Shown piece after piece: positions 29,362 through 40,700 of a stretch of DNA of 64,000 bases. The position numbers and the translations under genes were made by a program. Under the pieces are notes generated by a model. That model was not told the DNA's origin. It did not search any database and saw nothing but the letters and a program-made list of their open reading frames with translations. Source of the stretch: a virus; the IMG/VR virus record IMGVR_UViG_3300030060_002841, positions 14,246 to 78,245 of that record, one strand, 5' to 3'. The first letter of the stretch is position 1; the number at the start of each line of letters is the position of its first letter.

Positions 29362-32300
29362 ATGGGTTATAAAAACAAATACATATTAAACTATTTAAAA
29401 AACGGAGGTAGTCTACCAAAGTTTAATGGTGGTGGTATTCTTTCTGGTACAGATTTAGATTACTACGATCCTAATTTGGTAAAAAATAAGTTTCCAGATT
29501 ATGATGATAGTGATAATGTATATACTAAAATGAATGATCCAAAAAACAAACCAGGTAATAAAGCTGAAATGATATTTACCAATTTACAAAAAGCTGTAAA
29601 AGATGGTAGAATAAAACAATCACAATATGATGCTATATATTCTTCTTGGCAAGAATTAGGACAACCTGACGTAAGAAATACTGGCTCATCATTAATGAGT
29701 GCACTAGCTACATTGGTTGGAGAAGGTCAAATGAGCAGTGATGGTAGAGATAGACCTTATACTTTACTAACACATCCTAATACTATTTGGGTTGATATGG
29801 ATGCTGATCCTAATATGATTATAGATGATATGGCAGAAGAGTTTATGCATATAAATCAAGCTGATGAAAAAGGTTATCTTAAGTATGTTACACAAGGTGC
29901 TTTACTAGATGGAATTGCACAAAGACTTCCTGGTGCAGCTATTGGTGCTATATCAAGCATAACAGATTTTTTTGGTTTAGATTCTACTTCAGATTGGATT
30001 GATGAAAATATAGCACCTACATTTGATCCATATAATAAAACATGGACATTGGAAGGTGGTCATACTGTTGATGAGAATCCAAGCAATGAGTATTTAAAAA
30101 ATCTTAAAGAAGAAATAAATAAAACTCCTGTGGTAGAAGAGAAAAAAGATTTTTCAGGAAAGAATCCTCATGAGTATGGTACAGATGATTATTATGATTG
30201 GAACAAAAGAAAAAGACAAAATATGTTATATGGTAAGAGATACGGGGGAGCTTTACCTATAGCACAAATGGGTGGTAAAGATTTTTTATTTAATTATACA
30301 TCTGAAGGTTCTAGTTCTTCTGATAATACTTCTAATTTTGGACAACCTAATCTTAACTATATTGATCCAAAAGATGACTTAAGTTTTGGTGTAGATCCAA
30401 TGGGTGGTTTAGGACATTCTTTACAAAATCTTGCAGCTAATATTAAAATACCAGCTGGTTTTGGTCAATCTCCTACTGTTGAAGATCCTCCAGCTCCTAA
30501 TTCAGATCCTGATGGTGACGGTATACCTACAGGTATTGATGCAACTCCAGAAGGAGATAGTGGTTCTAACTTTAATCCTCAAGAAGCTAGTGATGGCTCT
30601 GGTGGTGGCTCTGGTGGTGGATCAGATGGTGGATCAGATGGTGGAGATAACTCAAATTCTAATGGTAATTCAGGAGGAGATGAAGTTGTTCCTGGTAGTG
30701 ACAATGATATTGATAATGACGGTATACAAGATGATAAGGAAGCAGCAGATGGTAAAATTGTTTGTCAACAATGTAATCCTGATGGATCAGGCCCAATAAG
30801 TAAAATGTTTGATGGCCCAGAGTGTCCTGCAGGATTTGAACCTGAAAGTGATATTAATCCTTGTGACGGAATGAAAAAGCAAGAAGATCCTTCTGCAGAA
30901 ACTGAAGATATTGAAAAAGTTAAACCGGGTTGGCATAGTCCTGATATTTATAGTATTCATCCTGGTTTAGATGAAACTGCATTAGGTGCATTAGCAGGAT
31001 GGGTTCACGGTGCTGGTGTTGATTTTGGATTATGGGATCCAGGATTTAAAAGTGGTAAAGAAAAAGAAGAAATAGAAAAAGAAGTAGAAGAAAAAGAATT
31101 AGAAAAAGAATCTAAAAATAATGAACTTAGTGATTTAGAAAATGTAGATGAAAATAATGAAGAAGAAAATTTAGAAGATAGTTCACAAGATGTAGATGAA
31201 AATGAAGTTATAGATGATGGAGAAGGTTCATTTAGTGAAGTATTTGCTAAAAAGAGAGAAGAGCTTGGTCCTGGTAAAACATTTACTTGGAATGGTAAAT
31301 CATATACAACTTGGTATGAAGGTGAAGAGGAAGCTAGCACAGGTAATGGAGATGGTAATGGAGATGGTGATGGAAATGGTGATAGCGTAACACCTTCAGA
31401 AAATTTACAAAACTATAACCAAGAAATGGAAGAGTTATGGAATGATCCAAATGGAGATTCTGTATTTTGGAGTGATGAACAAAGAGCAGAACATAAAAGC
31501 AGACATTTTAATGAAGATGGTACGCCTAAAACACAAGAACAAAAAGATGCTGAGGCAAAGCAAAGAGAAGAAGAATCTAAAAGTAAAATGTACTTTGATG
31601 AAGATACTGGTGAATACTATACTAATCATCCAAACATGTATGATGAAAATGATCAGTTATTGCCTCAATACCAAATGTTAGGTGGAGGTATACCAAAGTT
31701 TCAACCTGGAGGCGGAATACTATCTGGTCAAAGTGTAAAATATTCTTCAAATCCAAATAAAGCAAAAGAGTTAGATAAAGATGGTGATGGAATAATTGGT
31801 GTTGATGAATCTTTTAAACTATCTGAGGAAGATATGAAATTAAAAAAAGATGATGAGCAAACATGGTTAGAGTGGGCTGAGTCAGGATCACCTTTAAGAG
31901 AAGTAGGTTACCGTTCATTATCTAATTTTATAGATTTACTTACTATACCAGGTAAAGTTGTAGCAGAAACAACAGAAGCTATTACTGGAAAAGGTGATGG
32001 AGAATTTAATATTTTAGATGCTTTACCTTCAATGGAAGGAGAGTTTGGATTTAAAACTGCTGCAGGTAATCCATCAAAAACATTTTCATCAGTTGTTAAT
32101 CCAGAAGGAAGTTTTATAGCAAATTTAGGATTAGATATTTTAACAGATCCTTTGACGTGGACAGGTGTTGGTGCAGCTTCTAAAGTAAACAAATTAGATG
32201 ATTTAGCAAATATTACTTCAAAAGCAACTGTATTAGGAGATGATATAACAAAAACTGTTGTAACAGCATCATCAGATGATGTTTCAAATATATCAACTAA

Positions 32301-34827
32301 ATTACCAAATAAACCAAAAGTTGTATCTGCTGACGCTCAAAAGTACTCAGAAGAATTTTTATCTAAACAACCTAATTTTAAATCTGAAAGTCCTTACTTA
32401 GGAGGTCTTGATTTTGAAAAGCTACCTGATAAGTATAAAAAAATATTAGAGGATCAACGTGCTATAAATAGAACTGCTGTTAATAAAGAATATTCAACGG
32501 CTATAAATGATATAAGTAGTCCAGAGGGTATAAAAAGATTAAGTGATGATTTAACAGAACTATTAGTTAAAGGAGATAAAAAATCAGGTTGGGGAGGTTA
32601 TTATCCTAATGCTAGTCTAATTCCAGATGGCATGGTAGATGATGCAGTAAATAATTATTTAGAGTCTTTAAAGAAAATAAAAGTAACAAGCAAACAAAAG
32701 AAAAGTGCTGGTTCAGCATGGTGGGAATTAGGACAGGATACACAATATATAGATGAAGCTTATGGACCATTTGGAATGTTTACAAAACAAAAAGAAATTA
32801 CTGTACCTTTTTCTCAACCTAGGATAAATGTAAATCCAGATGTACATCCAACATCTTTAAAGTTATTAATAAATCATGAAATAGGACATCTTAATCAAGC
32901 TCTTCCTGCATTTTTAGATATGAAAAAATTTGATCCTAATAGATTTAAGAGTCTAAAAGCAATGAGTGATGAGCTTATGCAAACACCTCGTATGGATGAA
33001 TTTGGAAGATTAAAATTAGATGATGATTGGAACTTTGCACAAGCAATTCAAAGTCTTGGTAATAGAAATCCTACTTGGAATAATGCAGGATATAGAGCTG
33101 AAAGTGCAATTGATAGAAGATTGCTTGATGATTTAGAGTTGGATTATAATATTGGAGCAAGACAGGGTAATCCTAATATAGAAGATATGTTTGGGCCAGC
33201 AAGTGCATCTCCAACAGCTGATGTAAGAAATATGTATCAAACAGCTCCTTTTGGTTCTTACAAGTATTTTAGAGAAGGATCAGGAAGAGGAAAAGAAGCA
33301 GCTGCTTATCTATCAGAAATTAGATCTGATATGCTGCAAAGAGGTTTAATTAAAAATAGATATGATGAAATAACTCCAGAGATGATGAGAAACTATAGCA
33401 GAATTTATGATAGTCAAAGAGGCTTTACAGCATCAGCTCCTAATCCATATTTTCAAGATGTAAGGTTAATGAATCTTATGAGACCTGAGTTTCAATTTAG
33501 ATCTACGGATGAGTATATGAAAAATTTAAGTGTTCTATCTAAAAACTTAAATAAATTACCTGTTGCATTACCTTTTACTTTACCTTTGTTAAGTTTAGAT
33601 AAAGAACAAGATGGTACAGAGTTACGTAAAGCACAAAGTGGTATTGATAAGTCAGACTATAGTGAACAGATAAGATTAATGGAAATGCAAAACAGTCCTG
33701 ATAATCCTGTTATATCTAATTCTGTAGTAAATAGCAATAACCTTAAAGAAGAAAATTTATTTAAGGGAATGCAATTACCTATAATTATGGGATCAGAAGG
33801 TTCTTTAGATAATATTAACTTTGATAATACAGCTGCTAATAATACTAGTTTAAATGAATCACAAAATGTTACTGGTAGTGGGGATATATTTGGTGGATCT
33901 GGTGATGTTGATTTTGATCATTCAAATAGAAAAGAGCAATTTAGAGAGTTTACTGATCTATTTAGAAGAAAAGGAAATAAAAAAGCTTTAAAGAATCAAG
34001 AAGTTATTGAACCTAATAATGAGAGTGAAATACCATTTTTAGGTGCAGGGCCTTTTGATATTGTAGCAGAAAATGCAGGATTAGAATCTGACTTTAGTAG
34101 TATACCTTCTAGCCAAAGCACTAATGATATGAGTTTTAATTTAGGAGATATAGAAGATCCTTTAGCAGATGATGATGGAATAATGGAAGAGGAAGAAGAA
34201 ATAACTATATTAGATACTAATCAAAATAATAATCAGAACAATAATCAAAATAATAATCAAAATATTAATCAGATTGATAATCAAGGTGGTGATCAAGGTG
34301 GTGATCAAGAGCAAGGAAATCCTTTTAATACAGGAACAGGTGATGATGATCAAGTAGACTCTAGTTTTCCTGATGCGGATGGTGATGGTATACCTGATAC
34401 AATAGATGCAGATAGTGCAGCAGAACCTGAAGAAGCTACCGTAGAAGGATGCCCTTGTGAAGATGGAACAATGAAACCTGAATGTTGTGAAGAGGAGGAA
34501 GAAGAAGAAACTCAAGAAGAAGAGGAGGAAGAAAAGAAAAAGAAAGATGATGATGTACATAGAAATCCTTTTAGAGCTCTTGTACAAGCTGGACAGAAAG
34601 GTAAGTTTATAGCAAGACAACGTGCTGATAGAAAGTTTCAACAAGCACGTGTAAATAGAACAACATCAGATGCTTTATATGGTGATGATGCTACATATGC
34701 TACTAATCAAGGTGTAGGTAGACCTGATGGAAATGTAACAGAGTTTTATGGAAAGTATGGTGTAGAAGTTGATGATGATGTATTAGGTGAATTAATTGCT
34801 GCAGGTGCGGATATAGAAATTTTATAA
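29362..34827 (+). CDS. Polyvalent cargo protein with zincin-like domains and acidic Ca-binding repeats
   Basis: 1821 aa; EEFMH (29836-29850); HEIGH (32875-32889) with downstream EAAAYLSE; four DxDxDG motifs; long acidic low-complexity tracts; four copies of a GxxLPxAQxG(G)-type motif at domain boundaries. Confidence 0.6.
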   Translation: MGYKNKYILNYLKNGGSLPKFNGGGILSGTDLDYYDPNLVKNKFPDYDDSDNVYTKMNDPKNKPGNKAEMIFTNLQKAVKDGRIKQSQYDAIYSSWQELGQPDVRNTGSSLMSALATLVGEGQMSSDGRDRPYTLLTHPNTIWVDMDADPNMIIDDMAEEFMHINQADEKGYLKYVTQGALLDGIAQRLPGAAIGAISSITDFFGLDSTSDWIDENIAPTFDPYNKTWTLEGGHTVDENPSNEYLKNLKEEINKTPVVEEKKDFSGKNPHEYGTDDYYDWNKRKRQNMLYGKRYGGALPIAQMGGKDFLFNYTSEGSSSSDNTSNFGQPNLNYIDPKDDLSFGVDPMGGLGHSLQNLAANIKIPAGFGQSPTVEDPPAPNSDPDGDGIPTGIDATPEGDSGSNFNPQEASDGSGGGSGGGSDGGSDGGDNSNSNGNSGGDEVVPGSDNDIDNDGIQDDKEAADGKIVCQQCNPDGSGPISKMFDGPECPAGFEPESDINPCDGMKKQEDPSAETEDIEKVKPGWHSPDIYSIHPGLDETALGALAGWVHGAGVDFGLWDPGFKSGKEKEEIEKEVEEKELEKESKNNELSDLENVDENNEEENLEDSSQDVDENEVIDDGEGSFSEVFAKKREELGPGKTFTWNGKSYTTWYEGEEEASTGNGDGNGDGDGNGDSVTPSENLQNYNQEMEELWNDPNGDSVFWSDEQRAEHKSRHFNEDGTPKTQEQKDAEAKQREEESKSKMYFDEDTGEYYTNHPNMYDENDQLLPQYQMLGGGIPKFQPGGGILSGQSVKYSSNPNKAKELDKDGDGIIGVDESFKLSEEDMKLKKDDEQTWLEWAESGSPLREVGYRSLSNFIDLLTIPGKVVAETTEAITGKGDGEFNILDALPSMEGEFGFKTAAGNPSKTFSSVVNPEGSFIANLGLDILTDPLTWTGVGAASKVNKLDDLANITSKATVLGDDITKTVVTASSDDVSNISTKLPNKPKVVSADAQKYSEEFLSKQPNFKSESPYLGGLDFEKLPDKYKKILEDQRAINRTAVNKEYSTAINDISSPEGIKRLSDDLTELLVKGDKKSGWGGYYPNASLIPDGMVDDAVNNYLESLKKIKVTSKQKKSAGSAWWELGQDTQYIDEAYGPFGMFTKQKEITVPFSQPRINVNPDVHPTSLKLLINHEIGHLNQALPAFLDMKKFDPNRFKSLKAMSDELMQTPRMDEFGRLKLDDDWNFAQAIQSLGNRNPTWNNAGYRAESAIDRRLLDDLELDYNIGARQGNPNIEDMFGPASASPTADVRNMYQTAPFGSYKYFREGSGRGKEAAAYLSEIRSDMLQRGLIKNRYDEITPEMMRNYSRIYDSQRGFTASAPNPYFQDVRLMNLMRPEFQFRSTDEYMKNLSVLSKNLNKLPVALPFTLPLLSLDKEQDGTELRKAQSGIDKSDYSEQIRLMEMQNSPDNPVISNSVVNSNNLKEENLFKGMQLPIIMGSEGSLDNINFDNTAANNTSLNESQNVTGSGDIFGGSGDVDFDHSNRKEQFREFTDLFRRKGNKKALKNQEVIEPNNESEIPFLGAGPFDIVAENAGLESDFSSIPSSQSTNDMSFNLGDIEDPLADDDGIMEEEEEITILDTNQNNNQNNNQNNNQNINQIDNQGGDQGGDQEQGNPFNTGTGDDDQVDSSFPDADGDGIPDTIDADSAAEPEEATVEGCPCEDGTMKPECCEEEEEEETQEEEEEEKKKKDDDVHRNPFRALVQAGQKGKFIARQRADRKFQQARVNRTTSDALYGDDATYATNQGVGRPDGNVTEFYGKYGVEVDDDVLGELIAAGADIEIL
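34215..34310 (+). repeat. In-frame 12-bp microrepeats (NQNN x3-4; DQGG x2)
   Basis: aatcaaaataat/aatcagaacaat/aatcaaaataat/aatcaaaatatt and gatcaaggtggt-type units. Confidence 0.8.
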
Positions 34828-34829
34828 TT

Positions 34830-35078
34830 ATGACAGAAGTAAATTTAAATACAGAAAAAATAGTAGTAGTTCAAATGATTGGTTTACCAGAAAATGAAAC
34901 TATTTTAAATTATGTTGATCAAGTAGATAGAGATAAAGTTACAATATATAGAACTCTTGGAGGTAAAGTGCAAGGATATTTAGTAAGACAAGATGCTATA
35001 GATGAATTAGAAAATAATGGAGTGCAGGTTATATTACCTAGAGAGTATTATCAGATAGTGGAAAACGGAACAAGTTAA
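34830..35078 (+). CDS. Hypothetical protein
   Basis: 82-aa ORF tightly packed between cargo genes on the coding strand. Confidence 0.65.
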   Translation: MTEVNLNTEKIVVVQMIGLPENETILNYVDQVDRDKVTIYRTLGGKVQGYLVRQDAIDELENNGVQVILPREYYQIVENGTS

Positions 35079-35090
35079 ATAATTATAATT

Positions 35091-37661
35091 ATGGCTAAAA
35101 TAAATTTAAAGAAAGGTTTACCAAAAGGTTTTAAAATGGAAGGCAATAAGATTGTTAAAGATACTAGATTTGCTCATGGTGGTAATACTGGTATTAGTAC
35201 AGGTCAACAACGTGGCTATTCCATGGTTACTAATCCTTTTGGGTATGATGCAATAGATGAGTCATCTTATGATTCTCCATATAATAAAGTTAATACTTCT
35301 ATAAAATCTGTTCCTAGATCCCAGGCTAATATAGAAGCAGAAGGTGGAGAAACAATACTTACAGATACTAATAATGATGGTGTATTTGAATTTTATGACA
35401 TAGTTGGTAAAAGACACCATAAGGGTGGTGTACCTTTAGATGTTCCAGAACAATCATTTGTTTTTTCTGATACAGGTAAAATGAAATTGAATAAAGGTGA
35501 GATGGAAGAGATGAATATTCAATCTGATAAAAAATTAACACCTGCTAAAATATCTAAAAACTATAAACTAAATGAACATATAGCAACTCTTGATAATCCT
35601 TTGTCTGATAAAATATCAATAGATACTGCAGAATATATGTTAGATAAAAATAAAAAGAAGCTTTCTCAATTAGCTTTTTTACAAGAAGCAAAAAAAGGTT
35701 TTGAAGAAGGTGTACCTTTAGCTTCATATCCTTACTTAAAGGATAAAGGTATTGATCCTATTCAGTATTCAGCTGAGATACAAAATATATCTGAGCAAGA
35801 GGCAGCTGCTCAAGACATTGCACAAAGACCTGTTGATCAACGAGAGATGATAGAAAAGTTATCACAGTTTATACAGCAAGCTGAAACTCAACAACCACAA
35901 ATGGAACAAGGTCCAAATCAAATGGGAGCTCCAAGTGAAATGCAAGATCCAAATATGATGGCGCAAGGAATGCCACCTCAAGGTCAAATGGCTCCTCCTG
36001 CAATGGGGCAAGATCCTTTTGCTCAAAATCCTTTACAATCATTTATGCCTGGGCAACCATTACCACAAGCACAAGAAGGATTTTCAGAAGAGCAAATTGC
36101 TGATCTTAAAGCTAAAGGTATTGAATGGAATGCAGAAACAAGCTCATGGAATGCACCTGCAGGAAACTATAATGAAGGTCAAGCAGCAGCTTTAGCAAAT
36201 CAAGTTAAACAAGGTAATACAGTTCTTACAACGCAAGGTCTTGGAGATGTTGGTATTGGAGATCAAAAAGGTAGACAAACTAAACAAACTGATGAGTTTG
36301 GTAATGTTTATTACTTACAAGGTGAAGGTCAATTTGATAAAGAAGATTTTTGGAGTAGACAAGGTACGCTTATTGAAGGTATTAAAGATCCAGAAGGTAA
36401 TCAGGTATATACAAAAGATAACTTTGATATGTACAATAAAGATCATATTGGTGCTTTTCAAAAAGAAAAAAATGCATACTTAGATAGATTATCTGAATCA
36501 GATGCTGATATAAAAGCTAAATATACTGTAGATGGTGTATTTGATAAAGATGCTTATTATAATGATTATCATGGATATTTTGGTGAAGCAGGAAAAACTT
36601 ATACTGCACAAGATAATATGCTTGGTGAGTATACTTATAGTGATCCAGGAATAATAGCTGCAGAACAAACTTTAACACCAGAAGTAGTTATTAATGAACC
36701 TATTGAAGAGATAGAAGCACCAGAAGTTCCAGACTTTGAACCAGATATGGAAATGCCTGAGCCAGAGTTTTGGATACAAGATCAATTAAAAATGATGAAT
36801 TTGATGGGAGCTAAAATGAATCTACAAAAACGTAGACCATGGGAGGCAACTAATCAAGCATATACATTAGATAAGCAAGTTGTTGATCCACGAGGTGAGA
36901 TACAAGATGTGCAAGAGCAAGCTAGAATGGCTGGTGATACAACTGCATGGGCAGGATCAAAAAGGAATATGGCTGCTAAGTTAAGAGCTCAGGGTGTGGC
37001 TGGTAAACAGATATCACAAATAATGGATAAGTCTAATGAGGCTAATTTAAAGGCAGCTATACAAACTGGTAATATGAATGCTACTATTCAAAATCAAGTT
37101 AATCAAAAAAATAATGCAATACATTCTAGATTACATGATAAGAATATAGCAGTAGAACAAAATTTTGATAATGCTATGGCGGAGTTAAATACTTTGTTAA
37201 CAGATCAGTTAGCTAATTCATATACTAATATGGCAAATACATATAATATGAATACGCTATATCCTCAGTTTAATATTGATCCTAGTACAGGAGGTATGAT
37301 TACAGATACTAATTTACAAAAGTTGTATCCTAAACCTCAAGTACCAGAGCAAAGTAAAACAGATAGATTTATTGCTAGCATGGATGAATTAAAAAAGAGA
37401 GGTATAGATCCAGAAAAAATGCCAGCAGGTACTATAAATCAACTTGCAGGATTATCAGCTGAAGATGCAGATGCTGATGCTGCAAATCAAAACCCTTATG
37501 CACAAGCAAGTCCTTTTGCTAATACAATTGGTAATATTGGATATGGAGCACAGCAAAGTAAATTTGGAACGGAGAAGGCTAGAAAAAGATTTAGAATAGC
37601 TAGAAAAGGAGCAGAATTAAGAAAATGGTTCTCACCTTTACAGGGAAAATTTGCAAATTAA
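35091..37661 (+). CDS. Putative cargo/ejection protein
   Basis: 856 aa; ANIEAEGGE...GKRHHKGGVP...FVFSD domain, Q/P/M-rich linker, Asn/Gln-rich coiled C-terminal region; position in the cargo block. Confidence 0.55.
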   Translation: MAKINLKKGLPKGFKMEGNKIVKDTRFAHGGNTGISTGQQRGYSMVTNPFGYDAIDESSYDSPYNKVNTSIKSVPRSQANIEAEGGETILTDTNNDGVFEFYDIVGKRHHKGGVPLDVPEQSFVFSDTGKMKLNKGEMEEMNIQSDKKLTPAKISKNYKLNEHIATLDNPLSDKISIDTAEYMLDKNKKKLSQLAFLQEAKKGFEEGVPLASYPYLKDKGIDPIQYSAEIQNISEQEAAAQDIAQRPVDQREMIEKLSQFIQQAETQQPQMEQGPNQMGAPSEMQDPNMMAQGMPPQGQMAPPAMGQDPFAQNPLQSFMPGQPLPQAQEGFSEEQIADLKAKGIEWNAETSSWNAPAGNYNEGQAAALANQVKQGNTVLTTQGLGDVGIGDQKGRQTKQTDEFGNVYYLQGEGQFDKEDFWSRQGTLIEGIKDPEGNQVYTKDNFDMYNKDHIGAFQKEKNAYLDRLSESDADIKAKYTVDGVFDKDAYYNDYHGYFGEAGKTYTAQDNMLGEYTYSDPGIIAAEQTLTPEVVINEPIEEIEAPEVPDFEPDMEMPEPEFWIQDQLKMMNLMGAKMNLQKRRPWEATNQAYTLDKQVVDPRGEIQDVQEQARMAGDTTAWAGSKRNMAAKLRAQGVAGKQISQIMDKSNEANLKAAIQTGNMNATIQNQVNQKNNAIHSRLHDKNIAVEQNFDNAMAELNTLLTDQLANSYTNMANTYNMNTLYPQFNIDPSTGGMITDTNLQKLYPKPQVPEQSKTDRFIASMDELKKRGIDPEKMPAGTINQLAGLSAEDADADAANQNPYAQASPFANTIGNIGYGAQQSKFGTEKARKRFRIARKGAELRKWFSPLQGKFAN

Positions 37662-37702
37662 ACTTAAAAAGTGTATTATGATAAATATGACAAACTATAA
37701 AA

Positions 37703-37720
37703 ATTTAGTATCTTAGTATT
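37703..37720 (+). promoter_or_regulatory. Putative promoter (variant TATCTTAG), near-leaderless
   Basis: atttagTATCTTAGtatt immediately before ATG 37721. Confidence 0.4.
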
Positions 37721-40700
37721 ATGGCAACTTACTTACCAGGGATTAAACAATATATACCTCAGCTAAAGACATTTACGCCTGATTATAAATTTTTGCAAGA
37801 TGTTTTACAAAAGAGACAAGATAGGTATACTACAAACTATAATGAATTAAATGATTTATATGGTAAAGTAGTGTATGCTGATTTGTCTAGAAAGGATAAT
37901 CAACAAGTTAGAGATCAATACGCAAATCAATTAACTGAAAAGTTAGAACAAGTAAGCGGTACAGATCTTTCTTTACAAGGTAATGTAGATGCTGCTAAAG
38001 CATTGTTTAGACCTTTTTATGAAGATAAGCATATAGTAAAAGATATATTATTTACTAAGACTTATCAAGATCAACAAAGATATGCACAATCTTTAATGAA
38101 CTCTCCAGATCCTAAAGTAAGAAAAAAATATTGGGACTATGGTATGGAAGGTTTACAAATGGATATGGAAAAGTTTCAAAATTCTAAAAGAGAAGAAACA
38201 TTAAATTTAGCAAATCCTACATATGTTGAAAATGTAGATTTAGTTAATAGAGGGATTGAAGCTTTAAAAGAATCAGATATGTCAATTACAAAAACTACTC
38301 CTGTAGGTAATTGGCTTGTAACAGTTAAGAATGGACCAAACTTAACTAGTCAAGTAGTTGGATATGAAGAAGGTCCAGATGGCAAACCTGATAAATCTAA
38401 ACCTATTACTAATTCACCTGCTATGGATTATTTACAGCAGACATTATTAGAAGATCCTTTAGTTATTAGAGCTTATGCATTAAAAGCAAAAGTTGATGGT
38501 AATAGATTTGGTAAAGCAAATGCTGATAAGTTTGGTAGTTATGATGCTGCTGTAAAAGAATGGGCTAAAGCTACATTAGATAAATACAAAAAACAAGATG
38601 AAAAACTTTTAACTAAAGTTCAAGCTGATTTGGTTGGAGCAACTGCAGACAATAATTCTTGGGAAAGGTATAAACAAAAAATGGGTATAGTACCTGGCAG
38701 TAAACAAGAAGAGCAATTATTAAGAAAGCAATACAACAAAAGGCTTCTTAATCAAACAATGAATATGAAAGTTAAAAATCATAAAGAACTTTCACAACCA
38801 TCTACTAATTTACAGAACTATTTAAATTTAGCATACAAAGCACAGATGATGGGTGAACTAGGAGGTGATATGGCTTCAGCTGCTATAGCTTATAGTAATA
38901 TAGATTATGAAGAAACTTTTGAAGCTAATCCTTTTATTGTTAAGCAGCATGAGCATTTATATAGAATGAAAGAGAAAAAATATGCTCATGACCTTGCTAT
39001 GATAAAACAAGCTGATAAGTATGCAAGAGAAGCTATTCTTAAAGATCAAGAAGAACAGAAAGCAAAAAATGGTGATGGTGTAATATTTGGTGAAAATGGA
39101 GTTACATATGGTGAAGATGACATGAGTGTAGAACTATCACAAATGAACTGGTTTGATCAACAAATGGAAACTAAGAAGGGGGCTTATGATAAACTAAACA
39201 AAATGAATGTTGATTTTATCAAGACAATGTATGATGGTTCACAAAGTTTTTCTGATATAGTAAGAGATGGTAATCCTCCTGGTATGATTACTTATAATAA
39301 AGCAATTACAGATGACTTTGGTAACATATTAAGAAATGAGGAAGTAACTGGTAACTTTGAACAGTTTGCTCAAGATATGATGAAGTTTGAAAACAAAACT
39401 GAATTAGACAGAATATACCAGCATGCATATAAATTATATAATGCAGTAGATGAAGCCAATGATGGTACTAGTGTAAGAGCTAATGCTGACCGTTTATTAG
39501 ATCCTCAATTTCAAAAGTCAGCTAATCAGCAAATAAGAGCTATTGATGCGTTTAAACAAAGAATGAATGTTGCAGATGAAACTCTTAACTCATCTGTTTA
39601 TCAACAATACAGATTACTTACAGATGCAGAAGATCAAACAAATCAAGTTGGTGGTAATAAAGGTGGTTATGCTGGTAAATTTAAAGAGAAAGGTATAGGC
39701 TCAAGAGATAGTTGGCATTTGTTTGGAAGAGGGGAAGGTGTTTTACAAGAAGCCTGGGGTATGCATCCTATAGTATTACCAGACAAAATGGTTGATGAGA
39801 TGATGAATGGTATGTTATATAATGACATAAAAGGAAACTATAAGTATGATAAGTACAAAGATGGTAAAGATTTAGTAATGTTATCAGAAGATCAATATGT
39901 ACAATCATTTATTAATTCTGTAGCTGGTCAACTTGATAAAGTAAAAACTGTTTCTGATAATCCAGATAACTATAATCTATGGGGATTTAAAGAGCAGAAG
40001 TCAGATTTAATGTCTAATACTAATCCACAATTTTTAGATTGGGATAGTCAAAAGAGTTATGGACAAAGAGGGCAACCTACTATATTAGGAAAGTTTTGGG
40101 ATTATGATAGTAAAAAAGGATGGTCATTTGATAAAGAAGCTGCAGATTATTATGCTAGAGAGTATTACAGACAACAAAAAGGTTGGATGAGTGATAGAAT
40201 GACAGCTGCAAATACAGGTGAAGGAGGTATGCCTACTGGTAACTATTATGCATTATTAAATGGTTTACCAGGAGGAGATACTGCAGGTGATGCAACCTTT
40301 AGAGGTAACTATGGTTTTTCTTATGATCATAAAACAAATCAAAGTGAAGCATCTCAATTAGCACTGCAAGAGTTAAACAATATGGTGCGTATAAATAATA
40401 TGACAGATGATCTTTATACTTTTGATATAGGTAAGAAAGGTACAGATTTACCATTTGGAGAACCATTTAAAGGTGATGATGATCAAGGAAAGAATTTAGG
40501 TAAATGGCAAAAGAATGGTGCTAAAGATATAGAGTTTTCACAATTGGTGTTTGATTATATGGTGCAAGAAATGGGTAGGCAAAATAAAACACAAGGTGCT
40601 CCGCAAGTTGACATAACACGTAGAGAAAATGTAATTGATGGTGGTGGCGAATGGGGTAGTTATGAAATGACACTTGGACGTGATTTTGCAAATAATTTTA

